A stretch of DNA of 63,601 nt, counting the filler, from Hyphochytrium catenoides (lineage: Eukaryota > Protista > Hyphochytriomycota): NCBI GenBank assembly GCA_900088475.1. It is 11 parts of 11 records of this genome, joined end to end, with 100 filler letters (N's around TTAATTAATTAA, not from the genome) between each part and the next. Parts side by side here need not be neighbours in the genome. Positions count along the whole stretch, not along the records: positions 34,526 to 37,505 come from FLMG01001407.1; positions 37,606 to 59,283 come from FLMG01002654.1; 9 more parts are not named here. One strand, given 5' to 3'. The notes under the pieces were generated by a model. That model searched no databases. It worked only from the letters and a program-made list of their open reading frames with translations, and was not told the origin of the DNA. Every line of letters starts with the position of its first letter. Position 1 is the stretch's first letter. A program made the position numbers and the translations under genes. Shown piece after piece: positions 36,423 through 50,361 of this stretch.

Positions 36423-37819
36423 GGTCAGCGCGATGACTGTCTCCTCCTTTGGGCTCTCCTGGTAAAAGATATGAAGAAGAAGATTCTCTTCTTGCTTCCT
36501 GCTCTTTTGGGACCTGGCGCTTGTTGAAGAAGAGCAACAACGATAGCAGGAGAAGAGCAGGAGAAGGTTATAAGATTGAGAGAAGTGGGACAGAAGGAAG
36601 AAGCGAAGAAGACGTATCTTGGAAAAGAAGAGATGGAGAGAAACAACATAAGCCTACCGAAAGAGAGAGAGAAAGAAAGAAAGCATCAGAGGAAGGATAG
36701 GAGTTGAGGGGAAAGTGGTGGTCCGATAATTGAAAAAGAGAAACGAGCTGTGACAAGGGTGAAGAAGGCGGCAGGGGGGAGAGAGAGACACTCAGAGAGA
36801 GACAGAGAGAGAGAGAGTGAGTGAGTGAGAGAGAGAGAGAAAGAAAGAGAGAGCGAGAGGGAAAGAGAAAGGGTGGTGGCTCTTGGGAAACTGCCCTTAT
36901 TACATCATAATCCTTACCTCTAACACCGCTAGTCAGTTCTTTGGCCCGCTGTCCGACCCCGATGACCAGCTAACCTTCTCAAGTAAGCAAGAAAGTTCAA
37001 CTGTCTCTCCTCTGTTTTCTGTTTGATCAGCTCTCTCCTCCCCGCTCATCTCACCCCTTCTTACTCTCTCCTTCTCTCCTGCCGTCTGCCGCTCACCTCT
37101 CTCTCTCTCTCTCTCGCCTTCTCTCTCTCTGACTCTCTCTCCCTTCAGAAACCCAACAGCTCTATCTTGACCAGATAATCGTCCTTCAAGAGACCGAAAT
37201 GGCCGTTAGGTTAGCCGAATCTAACAGATTAGCGAACGAGAACATGGGTCTAAGAACCCTAGCCTCTGTATAATAAGTAGCCAAATTCACAAAAGCGAAA
37301 CTAAGATGAAACCATAAGAATCTCTTTCCTCCTTTTCTCTTGTGTCTCTTTCCTTTCCCTTCTGCTTCTTTTTTCACCTTGTTCTCTCTCCCTTCCTCTC
37401 TCTCTTCCCTCTTCCTCCCTGTTATCTCTCTCTTTCTCTCTCTCCCTTTCTCTCTCTCTCGCGCTCACTCACTCTCTCTCTCCACTCGCTCTCTCTCTCT
37501 CTCTCNNNNNNNNNNNNNNNNNNNNNNNNNNNNNNNNNNNNNNNNNNNNTTAATTAATTAANNNNNNNNNNNNNNNNNNNNNNNNNNNNNNNNNNNNNNN
37601 NNNNNAATCAGAGGCCGAGAATTTTGCTGATAGCGTATCGTTTAGCGTACCCCGGTGGAAGTGCTCTAACCCTTGATTCAACTAACAAAGCCTTGCAAAC
37701 AAGAATTTCAAAAAGAAGTGCGGTGGAACTTGTGCGCTCCCATGTGCGTGCCTCGTATATGATGCGTATTTCTACCCACCAGAACTGGCATCGTCAAATC
37801 CAGGTGATGGTCGCTACTG

Positions 37820-37941
37820 ATTGGGTAGTGTATTGGCCCTATCAGCCAATCAGAGGGCGAAGAGCGTTTCTCAAGCATACAAAGCATATCCATTGGGTTA
37901 CTGAAAAAATGCTTTATGACTATTGGCTGGAACTGCCCAAT
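37820..37941. promoter_or_regulatory. Dense cluster of six CCAAT/ATTGG boxes upstream of the rhodanese gene
   Basis: ATTGG at 37820, 37832, 37892, 37922 and CCAAT at 37846, 37937. Confidence 0.4.
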
Positions 37942-38362
37942 AAAACGAGGCCTCTTGATGACTAACTGATCTTCAATGGCCTCAGAGCTCGTTAGAGGAG
38001 AGGGAAGCATGTCGGCTCTCCTCCGTAACACTATTCTCAATCCTCCAAAACCTCTGGGATGACGATCTCCTGCTGTCGCAGCCTCTCTTTCGTCAGTAAG
38101 ACACGCAGAGCACTTCCTATTTTCTTCAAAGGGAAAGACCAGTCTTAAGATAGCTGCCTCCTGCGCCATTGCGTATTAGTAGTGAGCTGCTGCTCCATTG
38201 ACTTCCAACGGTGGACCGTTCAACGAGGAAGGCAGCAGCCGTCATCTCTGAGCTCCGAAATCATCAAACAGGTTTGCTATGCACTCCCTGCTGGCGTTGC
38301 ACTGGCCCAACTTTACAGCGGTTGCCTAATATGTCATCCCCTCTCCGCTTTACGGCAGTGAC

Positions 38363-39252
38363 ATGACGAGCATTTTGAAGACAACAACGTCGGAAGACGC
38401 TCTGCCTACTGGTTATCAAACGGTCAGTTGGACCGATCTCAAGGAGAGCTTGGTTACCTCCTCTTCTTGAGTACCAGGATACACCAGAGACAGTAAACAA
38501 AGAAGTGGGAGCCGAACAGCCCATTGTCATTGTGGATGTAAGGCCTCAAGAGGTAATCAGACTAGCAGGCAGCTCATCTTGTGGAGCATGAGAGTTAGGA
38601 AGCGTAATAAGAGGGACAACCATTTAGTGACCATTGACCATCACTCACTTCTCCTCGCTATGTAGGACTTCCAAAAGGGTCATATCAAAGGTGCCATCAA
38701 CGTTCCATCAACGGTAAGTGGTTGGACTTTGTGGTAGGCTTTTGATCTAGTAGATTCAGCTGCTGGATTCCACAAGCTCACGGAGAGCTTCCCTTATTAT
38801 ATCGGCAAACGCAGGTCTTCAAAGAAAGTGGTGCAGAAGAGGCCGAAGCACTAGCTGATCTGGTTAAAGAACTGCAACATACTCCCAAGATAGTATTCCA
38901 CTGTCAACACAGGTCAGTGGTGCGCCATCCTACTGATCAATGTCTATTCGCAAGACAAGTAACAGCCTTTCAAATGGCAGTCAAAGGCGGGGACCATCCT
39001 GTGCTCTGAAATTTACAGAGAAGCTCGAGGCAACCTTACAAACTCTGGATGGCGCCACTCGTCCTGAGGTCGTTGTTCTTGAAGGCGGTTATGCTAAGGT
39101 TCTCCAGGTAAGACAGATGAGAACCACTGCTTGTCGGCATATTGCAGGCTTTAGATAGAGTTGCTTACAACTATGCTTCTTATTAGAACCTTGAAGATAA
39201 GGACCGACAGTTGTTGGAAGATACGCTGCCAGCAGATCGCGTAGAGCAATAA
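38363..39252 (+). CDS. Cdc25-like rhodanese-fold phosphatase / ACR2-type arsenate reductase, multi-exon; start uncertain
   Basis: Spliced IVIVDVRPQE-DFQKGHIKGAINVPST-...IVFHCQH-SQRRGPSCA...VVVLEGGY gives the HCx5R active-site loop. Confidence 0.85.
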
Positions 39253-40624
39253 TCACATCAGGTTCAGTCGGGTCCTTCTCACCTAGGTCCAACTGTCCAT
39301 ATCACCGCGAGTGAAAAGGGTAGAAGTCTGATTGCGCTTTCCTAGTGCCTCACTTCCCGCACACTCTTTCCAGCGTCCTCTCCATCTTCCGACATATCCG
39401 CCAAACAATCAAGTGCTCCTCCTTTATACTTCTTTTTCTTATTGTTTGTAGAGGTGAAGACAAAAACTGGCAGGTAGCGGCTGTGATAGAGGAAGCTTTG
39501 GGGCTTCTAGTTGGTTTCGTTAGCTCTCTAAACAGCCCTTACGTTCCAGAAGGTGCCTGCGGGCGATAATAGACATATACCTAACTATACATCATTGACC
39601 CCACATGTTTCCTGAGCGATTCTCACGTCTTGAGTGAGGAAAGGGCTTGGTACAAGGATTGAGGCCCCTCCCACCTTGGGCTTGGTGGAAATTATAGCAA
39701 AACCAGCGCCCTTAATTAAGTTGAGCGCAGATCTTTAGGAAACAAAGCAGCTTGTGCGGGTTCCGGCCCCCTTCTCCCTTCCCTCATCACTCCCGCTCTT
39801 GCGCTCTGAGAGCAACTCTTGTGTGAGCCTAAATATTGCGAAAGGAAGCTCTGTTCTGTTCTTGTGAGGTAGGATGAAGGAATGTGGATCCCTTTAGTCA
39901 AGCCCTCGACTCAAGCGCCTCTGTTCAGAATAGAAAAGCAGTTTCCTGCCTGGCAGCTCTGGGCTATACTCCTCCCTGCATGAGTGTATCCCTTGTGACA
40001 TATTCCTGAAGATGGCCCTGCTGCCGCTGAAGCAGGTCTGCTCTGGAAGCTTGAGAAGGCTCACGGACCTCAAGGCGACTGTGGAGCCATTCCAAGCAGT
40101 AAAACCATCATCCCGAACCACTATCACGCTATCACCTCTATAAAGGTATCATATATCACAAGTTGCCAATTATACACGCCAAAAAAGTACTTGCCAAAGC
40201 GAGTCCTCCTGAGAATGTGCCCTTGCCAATTTCTACATTTGTGAATAACGCGTCAACGACGTATATTAAGATGTCCCTTCCGTCAACTTACAGCGCGAAG
40301 ACAGCAGAAGAGCAAGATATTGACATCTTTCCACAAAAACACACAGAGACATCATGATTGATGGATCTTCTTGAGCTCCTTCCCCTTCCATGCAACTCGC
40401 TCATCGCCAACCTTCGCCTCATCATCAGCTTATCAGACCGAGCAGCAATGGAACGAAGTCCAATGTGTACATCGCGACCAAGCGTGGGCACATTCCCCGC
40501 GCATGACAGCCAGAAAAGCCAATAAGCAAGGGGTTAAGAAGAGCTTAGACAATTCTAGCGCTGTTGTTTCCAACGCTCACTTATGGGCGTAGACTGAGTC
40601 AGATCAGGGACCCTTATTCTTACC

Positions 40625-43600
40625 ATGTCATCTGTTAAGCCGCCTTCACGGGACAAGAAGGCAGCTGAAGATAGTCCAAGCGCTAGTTCTAGTGACAGTA
40701 GCAGCGCACGTGATTATCAAGACTCCCCTCGATCGGGGACCGGACCGACAGCCACAGGGAAAGGAAAAGAAATGGAAGCAGATGACACGGAAGATGAGCT
40801 GGAGGATTTCAAGCTTGGAGTTGCTTCTCAAAAGCCCTCAGAAGGCAGGAATTTGGCGAACGACGGTAGTGATGAGGATGAAGGCGTAGGTCGGACCTCC
40901 GTCAAAGACTCACCCTCCCACCGAGGGCTGTCGACCCGTAGGCCGTCCAAGAAGCCACCTGACACGAAGAGTAGGTCAAGCCATGATACTATTATAACCC
41001 TCCACCACACGCTGGAGGCGGCGGCCGCGGTTAGGAACCACGCACAGGTAACCCGGCTCTGTGAGACGGTGCTCATACCCTATGCTAAGCGGAGGACAGC
41101 GCTTCATCCCGTCATTGTCCTTAGCATTACCCTTACGGCGAAGCAGCATCCAGATGCAGTCCAGAGCCACGAGTTTCGGAAATTGTTGATAAAGCTTTTA
41201 TCTCTGTCAGTGCAGACGTCAGGGAAGACAAGCCCGAGGCCCGGACCGACTCCACCCCACGGCTCACATTTGAATAGGCTTCCTAGTGAAAGGGGCGTAA
41301 TGACGGACCAGCTACCCTCTCCAACCGCCCAGGCGCTAGCTTGCAACCTTCTGCTTTTTGTCCTGGACCAGAGTACTCAGCCATGGCCGTCGGAGCTGAT
41401 TCAAGCCTGGATTGACGATTCTCTGGGACGTCGCGTTTGGGTGGACGACCCTACTGCTGAACCTTTCGTCGCCCAAGTCCTGACTGCTTTTGGTGGAGAC
41501 ATTGGAGATAAAGGTCAGTATTATGAGCTTTGGACTATCAGTTTAGATTAATGGACATGACTGTTTCCTATTTCTTCTCAGGCTCCTTAGAAGACTCTTC
41601 ATCGTCGCGGCAGGTAACTTTGTTGCCATCAGTAACCTCTTCCTCTACTACTGAAGTCTATTCTTTCTTGATTGGCACACTCCTTATGCGTTTATGTCTT
41701 CCCTTTCTTAAATGAGCTGGCTTGCTTCGCTTGGCCTCCTTCATTGAGAGTAACCCCAACCCTCCTCCCTCACGGTAAGGCACCAATGAGTAGGTTTAGT
41801 GAGGAAACGAAGACAATGTACAAGGAAAAGCTCCTTGCTGCCATCAAAGAAAGGCTGGCGAAGTACGATAAAGCAGTGACGGGTGGGATCTACGGGCCGC
41901 TCAGCGGCGGGAATCCAAACAGCAATCCAATAGCCCAGGGTCTCAGACAACTGCTGCAAGTGTTAGCCAGCGTGATGGGACTGCAGGAGGTGCGAGAGCT
42001 TTGTATGCGGAATATGGAGAGTTGGCTCCAAAACCCGACCCTCAAAGCTCAAGCTCGAGACATCTTGATGAAGCTGGTGCAGCACACATCTGGCATCTCA
42101 GACCAGGACGTCGCTATAGTTGATGCTTTGCTAAACCTCAGGCTCAAGAGTAGCCTTTGGGGCATTCACGTAGAGGCGATCATAGAGCTCATTCATGTGC
42201 AGCCTCAATATTTGCGGAGAGTACTGAAGTTCTTCATTAGCAGAGAGAGAACCAGCAACCTGGGAAAGAGGGTTGACATTATGAAGGTATTTGTCTCTAT
42301 TTTTCGGTCGACCAGACAGGATGGGGGCGCTAACGCCAATAGTCTTCAAGGTACGCCGGCATAGCTGCTATCTGACTTATGGCTTGCAGTTAGTCTCCCC
42401 TTCTCTCTACGGCGTGACGTGACATCTGACTTAAACCTTGCCCTCGTAAGCCTCATTGAGAGTGTTTTAGCTGGTTGACACTATCCTTATCTGGATCGGA
42501 ATTAACACGACTCCAAACGCAATGAATATAGGGTTGGGAAGTTCTCCTTCCACAAGCCCTGGAAGGATAAGTCCAGCGCAGGGGACTCCGTCTCTCACAG
42601 CAAGCTCTCCTCTCAGGCACTTCTTGGACCCTTCAGCGGCCACTAGGTCTCCTGCTGTACCGACCACTCCTCTTGCCGACAGGTCTAACGTAAGTGGAAG
42701 GAGCAAGAAGAAAGAGCATCCTGGATCCTATCTCTCGTTCGAGCTTGCTAGATCACTCCGAGATCTCGCTCTGACCAAGGATCTGGCGCCTATTCTCCGC
42801 CCAGTCGCGAAGAAGATTATCAAGAACTTAGGCTTTTCATCTTTGGACATCCTATCTTTCTGTTCAGGTCTCATGCACGACGAGGAAGACCCCACGGTTG
42901 GAAAGCTTTCCCCAGAGCAGGTGCATGCTTGGCTTTCGCTTTGTCTGGAACTGGTGCTCTCTGTGGTTGCATGTAGAGCCACCGAGATCCACACCTCTCA
43001 CCAACTGCATTCCCAAGGAAGTGCCCGAGGAAAGCCCCGCCCTGTCCCTACTTCACAGCGATTTCCAAGGACTCAGACCCTCGCTAATGCGCGGCCGAGC
43101 CCAGCGCAACCCTCCCCGGTTCATGCGTCTCCCATCCATCCAAGTCTAGAGACTAGCTCTCCGGATGTGAACAGTCTGAGTACTTGGGAGAGAGAGAAAG
43201 GGAGCACCTTCTACCTAGAGCAGGTGCGAGAGGAATTCAATGAGCAGCTCAGTATCATACAGACTGCTGGAATGCAGTGGGTTGGAAGCGTGTGGGTCAG
43301 ACTTTGTGGCACCAACCTTGGCGGTGGTGCAGCCCTTTCTTCCGCCTCTTCCTTCTTCACTGAGTCAGTAAGAAAGCTCCTCCTGCTCGACCAGGGTGCC
43401 ATCGGAGAGGGCGGAGGAGCCATTATAGGAGATCCCGACTGGGTGCATGTTGCTTTCTGTGTAGAAGGGACGCCGGTAACAGAGGAGACGTTGGAGACGC
43501 TACTGAACCTTAGCCTTCAGTATAATCTTATCTCTCACCCGTCTGCCCTCTCAATGGTGGAAACGCTGGTGTCTCGAGCTTATCAGGGGCAGAACAAGAG

Positions 43601-46600
43601 AGATGGAAAGGCTTACGATGACAGTCGGCCACCCTCTCTTCCTGGCCTTGTCATAAAGAACCATGGTATCGTCCAGAGACTTCTTATGCTCTCTGCTCTC
43701 AATGTGAGGGCCGGTGTAGAGACAACGGAAGCCTTCAACCTCTCTGATCGACACCTGTTTTGGCGCTGCTGCCTGCTGTTACACACTCTGTCAACCTTCA
43801 ACCCCTCAACTGTGGGCAAGCTCGTTTGGGATAACTTCCCTTCGGTGCGGCTGATGTTAGAAATGTCCATTGCAAAAAGCTGGGACTTTCCACCTCTAAA
43901 TCAGGTGAGGAAGACGTGATAAACGGACGTTTTCGCCTACGTTGCATGGTTCACTGTGTGCAGAATCCACCCTTCAGTGCTGTTGAACTGAGCACTGGGA
44001 GAGTCTCTCGTTTTTCTTGTTAAGCTTCAACTCCTTCAAATCATCCAGCCGCCGCTGTGGCCTGTTTGGCTATTATTCCTCTTTTGCTGGCTCAAGCTCC
44101 CTTCACCTTTGCCAGGCCCTAGACAACGAGAAACGACAAGCGTTGCTCGACGCAGATGCATCTATATCCCTTAAAGAAGCCCATATCGTCCAAGATATGA
44201 GAGAAAGACAAAACCCTATGGCTGATAAGGTGATGCTACTGTTGCCACCCGGACCCGCCCGCCGGCCCCCCGACTGGGTGATTGAAGCCCTCAAAGAGGA
44301 AGACCGGAAATTGAGGCTTGGTAAGAGCTTGTTTGCTGGCTAGTCTTTGGCCAATGGTTCACGGTTCCTTCAGATTGATTTTGCCCATTTCCCCCACCCG
44401 TATGAACTCCTGTTCTCCCTTCGTGTCCATGTTCGCTTTTGCCGTCATCGGTGTGCGGAGTTTCGTCCTCTTTGTCTCGATTGTCGACTCGGGCCGGGTA
44501 GCATCCTTACAATGACCCCGACGGGTCTTTTTCCTTCGTTTAGGTATGCGGCTTCGGCGCTCTGTTTCACCAAACTTTTTGGCGGAGATGGTAGGGGACA
44601 CGTCTGCCTTAAGCTGTGTACAGCGGAGTGCGCTTTGGCTGGCAAATGTGATCAAGGATGAGGCGGATACCGTCCAGATTCTTCCGGTCCCTTCCATTTG
44701 TGAACTCCTCATGCTAGCAGTAGGAGATCTGAAAGAGGGCGGAAGCCAGCCAGTGAGAGAGAGTTATGCACTTGGCTTCTCTAGACCTTCGCTTGCCATG
44801 GAAGCGCCCTATCTCCTCGAACGCCTTCGCCTCTTTATCCAGAAGAATAGTGATAGCCCTCTCTCATTAGAGCTCATCCGCGCGTTTCTTCGCAAAATGG
44901 GCTCCAAGATTGTGATAGAACGGAAAAATGCTGCGGAGATCCTTGATGCACTTCTCACCAACCCTGAAGAGTCACTTCAAGAAGATTCGTTAGCTTTAGA
45001 GACAGGAATAGTCAGAGATCAGCTTCCTCCAGGGTACAACTGGATCCGGAATCTCTCCTCACTCTTCTCGCCTTCCTTTTATAGGGAGCTACAGAGAGAA
45101 ATCCTTGCGACGCTTCAAGACCTTCTCTTTCTTGAAACCTCTCCGGAGTCTCTTCTCTTCCAACTTGAAGCCCTGGATGCTCACTGCAAGATACTCCAGA
45201 CTCAAGCAAATACAATGGACTTTGAGATAGAAAGCTTCGAAGAAGAAGAGCGAAAGAGCAAGAGGAAGAAATACTATGAGACGGAGCTTTTGGCTGCAGT
45301 TGTCTCCAAGGTTCTTGTGCATCGAAGCGCTATAATGACTAGTATCCTTCGAGTGGATAAGGCATATGCGCTTGTCCTCTCGGCTATCTCCCGGTCTATC
45401 AATGCCAGCTATGTGGCAGGGAAGCCTTTGTCAGGCGCCAAGGAGATAGACAAAAAAGAAGCAGAAGAAGATCGAGACATGTGGCGGATCGTCCTGCAGC
45501 CCATCCGGGATCAAGAGCCGAGAGAGGTAGCAATACAGTCTGTTATCCTTCGCGGTGCGATCTTTATGCTCTCTTTACAAGCTCCTTGCCCCGAGAGTGC
45601 TCTAGATCAGTTCCAAAGGCTAGCCAAATGTCTCTTTCCTCCGTCTTCTCTCTCTTTTGCGGTGCCTTCTGGCACCATTCCAGGCTTTCCTGGCGCTGTT
45701 GACGCAAATAGACAGCGAGTTCTTTCTCCTTCACTTTGCTTTCAACTGGCAAGAACGTGGAATGAAGAGCTTCTGCAATGTGTGATGGAGAGAATGGACT
45801 CCCTCGCCCTCCTCTCCTTGCAGAAGAGCTATGGGTTAACAGAAAAGGCCTTCCGAATGTTAATGGCAAGGTTGGACGGTGACATTGAGAAGCCAGAGCA
45901 GAAGGCTAGAATGACGAACATTCTCTCCCCATTGCAAAAGAAGGAGCTCGCCCTACGGAAGAAGCTCTACCATGCATATCAAAGAGTATATAGCACAGCT
46001 TCTACAGGCATAGGTCAGAAATTCATGGCGTGGCTTGGCGGCCTTCCGGTTGTATCGCGCACTTCTCCATCTTCGCTGTCGCCTAGGCCCGCAGAGTCAA
46101 AGAGAACCGAGTGGATATTCGACCAACTTCGAGGACGATTTAGGCCTTCTCTGGTGAGATAGAAATGTGGGTCCTGCAGGTGTAATGGTCTCTTTTGATC
46201 TAACTTGTGCTCTCGTTGCTCTCTCTTTCTTCATGTCGCCGTCACATCACCTTGCCCAGATTGCACAGGAGTCAGCTCGCCCAACACTTATACCGGACCT
46301 AGAGTCAATGTCGAATGCAGTCTCTAAAGAAGGCGAGAGGAAGGAATTAGATGGCAAGGGAAGTGGAAAGCAGGACGACCTAGGAATGAACGATTGCAAG
46401 CTATATCAGGAGCTTATGGCCTTGGATAACGATACTGAGTGGAGAGAGAGAATGCGCCAAATGCGAGGCAGTCTTAAAGGTGATGCCGTCTTCCGGCTCG
46501 TTCCTCTGCTTTTCGCTGAGGAGCAGATACTAGAAGATGAAGTAAGAAGGGACTGGAGGCAAGCTTTCCGACTCACCAGTGGTCATTCAGACTTCACCAC

Positions 46601-48860
46601 TCGGGCAAGGTACGTCTAGACACTGCAAAGACTGTTCAAACCGCGGGAGGATGGACCATGGGGCTAGTCGAGCGTCGGCCACACCACGTGGCTGACATCG
46701 CCGTCTTCTGCTACTGTAGGCTGCTTGCTTTGGTCATTATGCGGATTACCAAGGCTGAAGACTATCCAGAGCTGCTTCTGTCACTTCAGCATCTCCTTTT
46801 TGACGCTACTGAAGAGAAAGGAGCCCAGGGCCAGAGAGTTTATAGCCCTCCCCATTACTCTTTTGAAATAGAGGTCTTCTGTCGCCTGGTAGACATCGTG
46901 CTGACAACAAACAAAGGAAGAGGACAGATAACCAGGAAGACAGACGCTCTTACCCTTGGAGACCTAAAGGGTTGGCCAGTGCTTCAAAAGTTTTGCCGCG
47001 CCTCCTCTTCAGCACTATTTCTCACAGTACAGAGGCTAATCGACGAGTTAGAGCGAGACCTACCGCTCAAGCTAGGACCTGCCGCACTGTTTCTCTATGT
47101 GAGGATCAAAAGTTAGCCTTTCATGTTGATCTCTTCATTTTGTTATCTTGTGCTCTCTCTCTCTGTCCGCTCCCTTTTTTTTGTGGTCAACCATCGATCC
47201 CCTTCCATATCGTCATGCTATTACTGTCCTCTTAGCTGTTCTGGGTCTCACTTCCTTCCTGCTTGCTAGGCACTGTACGTGGAACATCCTAACCAGGTTA
47301 GGGAACAAGTGGAGGCGCTTCGCCCTCATATTTGGTGCAGACTGCTTGAGCAGTTCTCTCCCTATGTCAGTGGCTTGTTCTCCTCCCACGTCAAGACCAA
47401 GACAGAGCAAATCTTCACTAGCTACCTCAATCACCTCGGTAAGACCTTAGCCGCTGGTTTTCATCTCGTCTTGGTGATCTCCTGTGTATACCCTTTAACT
47501 TGAATCTTAGCTGCAACCCTTTGGTCACAGTGCATGTCTCTCTCGTTCTATCTTTGACCTTACTACTTCGGCATAGCTCCCCATGTCTTTGTCTAAGGTA
47601 CTGGGTCATGTTTTGTCACCCTGCTCCTACTCTCTGTCCGCCACCTGATTAGGCAAAGACCCTCAAAACCATCTCGCCGTCCTCCGGCTGGCGCAGCGTC
47701 ACAAGCTACTAGTCCTCTCGGCGCTTAACCCGTTCGTCAATAAGTGTAAGAGCTTGATGGACGAAAGCAGCAAACTGGAAAGGAATAAGCTCCTTCTATT
47801 CAGCTCCCAGGTACGACTGGAACAATGCTGGAGAAGCGAAGAAGACTATATAGAATCGCCGTTCCCACTGCTTACAACTTTTGGCTCATTATCTGGAAGT
47901 CATGCCCCTTTGGCTCACCTGTCTTGCCAAGTTTCTTGTTCATTATTGCCTCTCTCCCCTACGTTTTGGGGTCTGTACCAGCACATCTTGTTTTCTTTTG
48001 AGAAACTCCTGTGGCATCAATCTATGTTCTACGTCTATCTGTCCTTGTAATCTTGTCGGCGATTTCCTTTGCAGGTTCATGCCATCGCTCATGCCCTGCT
48101 GCCGGAGCTTTTCCACTTCCCAGACGTCTTGAGGGCCCTCGTGAACTTCCTCCTCACGGTAGCTGTCCGTCTGGTGGACGATAAGGATGAAAAGAGCCAA
48201 ACAGCTCTCATAGAAATTGTGAAATTCCTCGAGATCACGGGAAGGAAAGGGGGAAAGACCATGCTATCTCTCTTACAAGAGGTGGCTGGGTCTCTCTCCT
48301 TCCCTGTGAAGCTGAAGGGAAAAGACGCGGGCCTCTCTGAGCGTCTCCTTCCCTTATTGTCAGGGTCCCTTCCACCTCCTTCTCCCCACACCAATGACAG
48401 AAAGGTTGTTGACGTTAAGAGGCTGCGCTCTCTATTGATGTCCCACAACGCGGAACTTGTGCGCTCGGGATTGCTGGAGCTTAACTGTTTGGAGAGGGAA
48501 GAGAGTCTTATAGTTATAGGGCAGATAGTAGAAGCACTCATCCACGTGGCAAGCAGAGAGTATGGGCTTACGCTCATGGAGAGAGAACAAGCATATTCTC
48601 TCCTGCTCCTTCTGCTCTCCGAGTTAGAAAGAGACAGCTTGCAGGGAGCAAGAAGAAAGCTTCTGGATCAGTATGCTTCCTGGTTCTATAGGAGAGCATT
48701 GAGAGGACAAGCGCTTGAAGCAGCGCTTGGCTTTGCCGGAGAATCCCTTGTACACACTGACGGAAGACAGAGCATCGAGCTTCTCAGTGGACTCTTCCAG
48801 TTGGGTAAGGAAGGCGCACAGGAGCTAACAAAGATAGTTAGGCGACAGACGCGAGCATAG
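40625..48860 (+). CDS. INTS1: Integrator complex subunit 1, multi-exon
   Basis: WPSELIQAWIDDSLGRRVWVDD...VLTAF and QEVRELCMRNMESWLQNPTL...DVAIVDALLNLRLK match conserved INTS1 blocks (EDSLGERIWVD; LEMWLQNPKL); NPSTVGKLVWDNFPSVRLMLEM and GPARRPP also fit; large size is consistent. Confidence 0.88.
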
Positions 48861-49300
48861 CCGTGCACTAAGAAGAGAGCAGAATATGAAGAGCAAGAGA
48901 ATTCTTCACTCTCAACAGGAAGAAAGCATAGTTTGAGCAGAACAGGCCTCGTTCCATCCTCTGTATATAATAAGTAAAGCTAATATTTATTAACGTTAGG
49001 GCATAAGACCTGATGTTCACCTCTCGCTGGTCTAATCACAAGCGTCGTCTTGACAAATCCTTGACGCACTTAATCTGCAGACCCGGAACAGAGCGACAGG
49101 AGAGAGCTAACCAATAAACATCAAGCAAAGTGCTCCAATACTGGCAGCAGAGGGCGACGAAGAGAGGAAGAGATCCAAGCAACATGCTGCGCAGATAGTG
49201 TACAATAGGCGTGCCAAGAGGCTTACTCCCGTCTTCATGACGAGGGCAGAAGGTAAGGAAGGATTCAAGAAGGATAAAGCCAGAGACTTCAGAGAGATTC

Positions 49301-50361
49301 TCACTCCTCCATCTGCGTCTGCACCTTCTGCTTCTCGGTTGAGGAGAGGGCGATCTGCGCCTTTTCCCTGACTGCAGAGACAGCTGGAGAGATGAGTTCT
49401 ATGTTCTGCTTGATTTCCATCTCGATCTGCTTCTTCTCTCTTTCCCTCTTTCCCTTCATTCTGTTCTGATAGAACTTCTCCTGTCTCTTCTTCTGGATCT
49501 CTCTGATTCTTCTGAGCGCCGTGATGGTGGTGGACATCAGCTCGCGGTCGTACTTGACTGGTCGGTTGCGTCTCTTTTCCATGTCAAAGGTAGAGTCCTG
49601 AAGAGACATTGGTTACCCACGGGCGTAGACCAGTGACGAAAGAAAAGAAAGAAGAAGCACAAGCAGACGCGAGGAGAAAGGGATATTATATAGCGGACAA
49701 TGAGGAAGAGCTGAAACAGACAGAAGGGAACGAGACGATACGCTGAAAACAGACAGAAGGGAACGAGATGATAGCATCTCTAACTGATCGTCGACCGGGC
49801 CGGACGCTGCGATGTGTCAATAGGGACGCTGCGAATGAGAGCCAAAGAGAGAGACGCCCAAGGCACAACAGGAATGGTCATCCTTACCACTGCCATCTCC
49901 TTGCCGGCTGAACGTCTGAAGGCCTTGGTCCACTTGACCTTCCGTGGGTTCCTCTTTCTGTTAAAGTTCTTATGGCATTTCGACCGACAGAAGCGGAACA
50001 CCTGTATGGCAATAGATGAAGAAAGGCGCACACGAGGTTGAGAAATTCAGCAGTGCAGCGCAAGGGAGAGAAGAGAGAGATAGCGAAGGAAGAGACCTCA
50101 GGTGAGTAAAGAGCAAAACTCGACCCTTCCGTTTCAGGAACTTTTATGGGCTACTTTCGCCACTCTTCGAGGCCTTCAGGCCTCTTTTGTTGACACCGGC
50201 AACAGATTCTTTGTTCGGTCTTTCTTAAGAGCGATGCCCTCCTCCCCATTTCTCCCTCTCCTTTGACCAACGAGGCTCACCTTGCTATCATTGCGGACGA
50301 AGGAGATACCATGGCCTGGGTAGACAGGGCCCGAGCAGAAATAGCAGTTGTAGATCCTCAT
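49301..50361 (-). CDS. RLP24: Ribosome biogenesis protein Rlp24 (L24e family), 3 exons
   Basis: [85 protein letters not shown]. Confidence 0.95.

Noticed and set aside
37624-38169. Overlapping ORFs 37624-37965 (+) and 37708-38169 (-)
   Set aside because: No family motif, and they overlap a CCAAT cluster that looks like promoter DNA.
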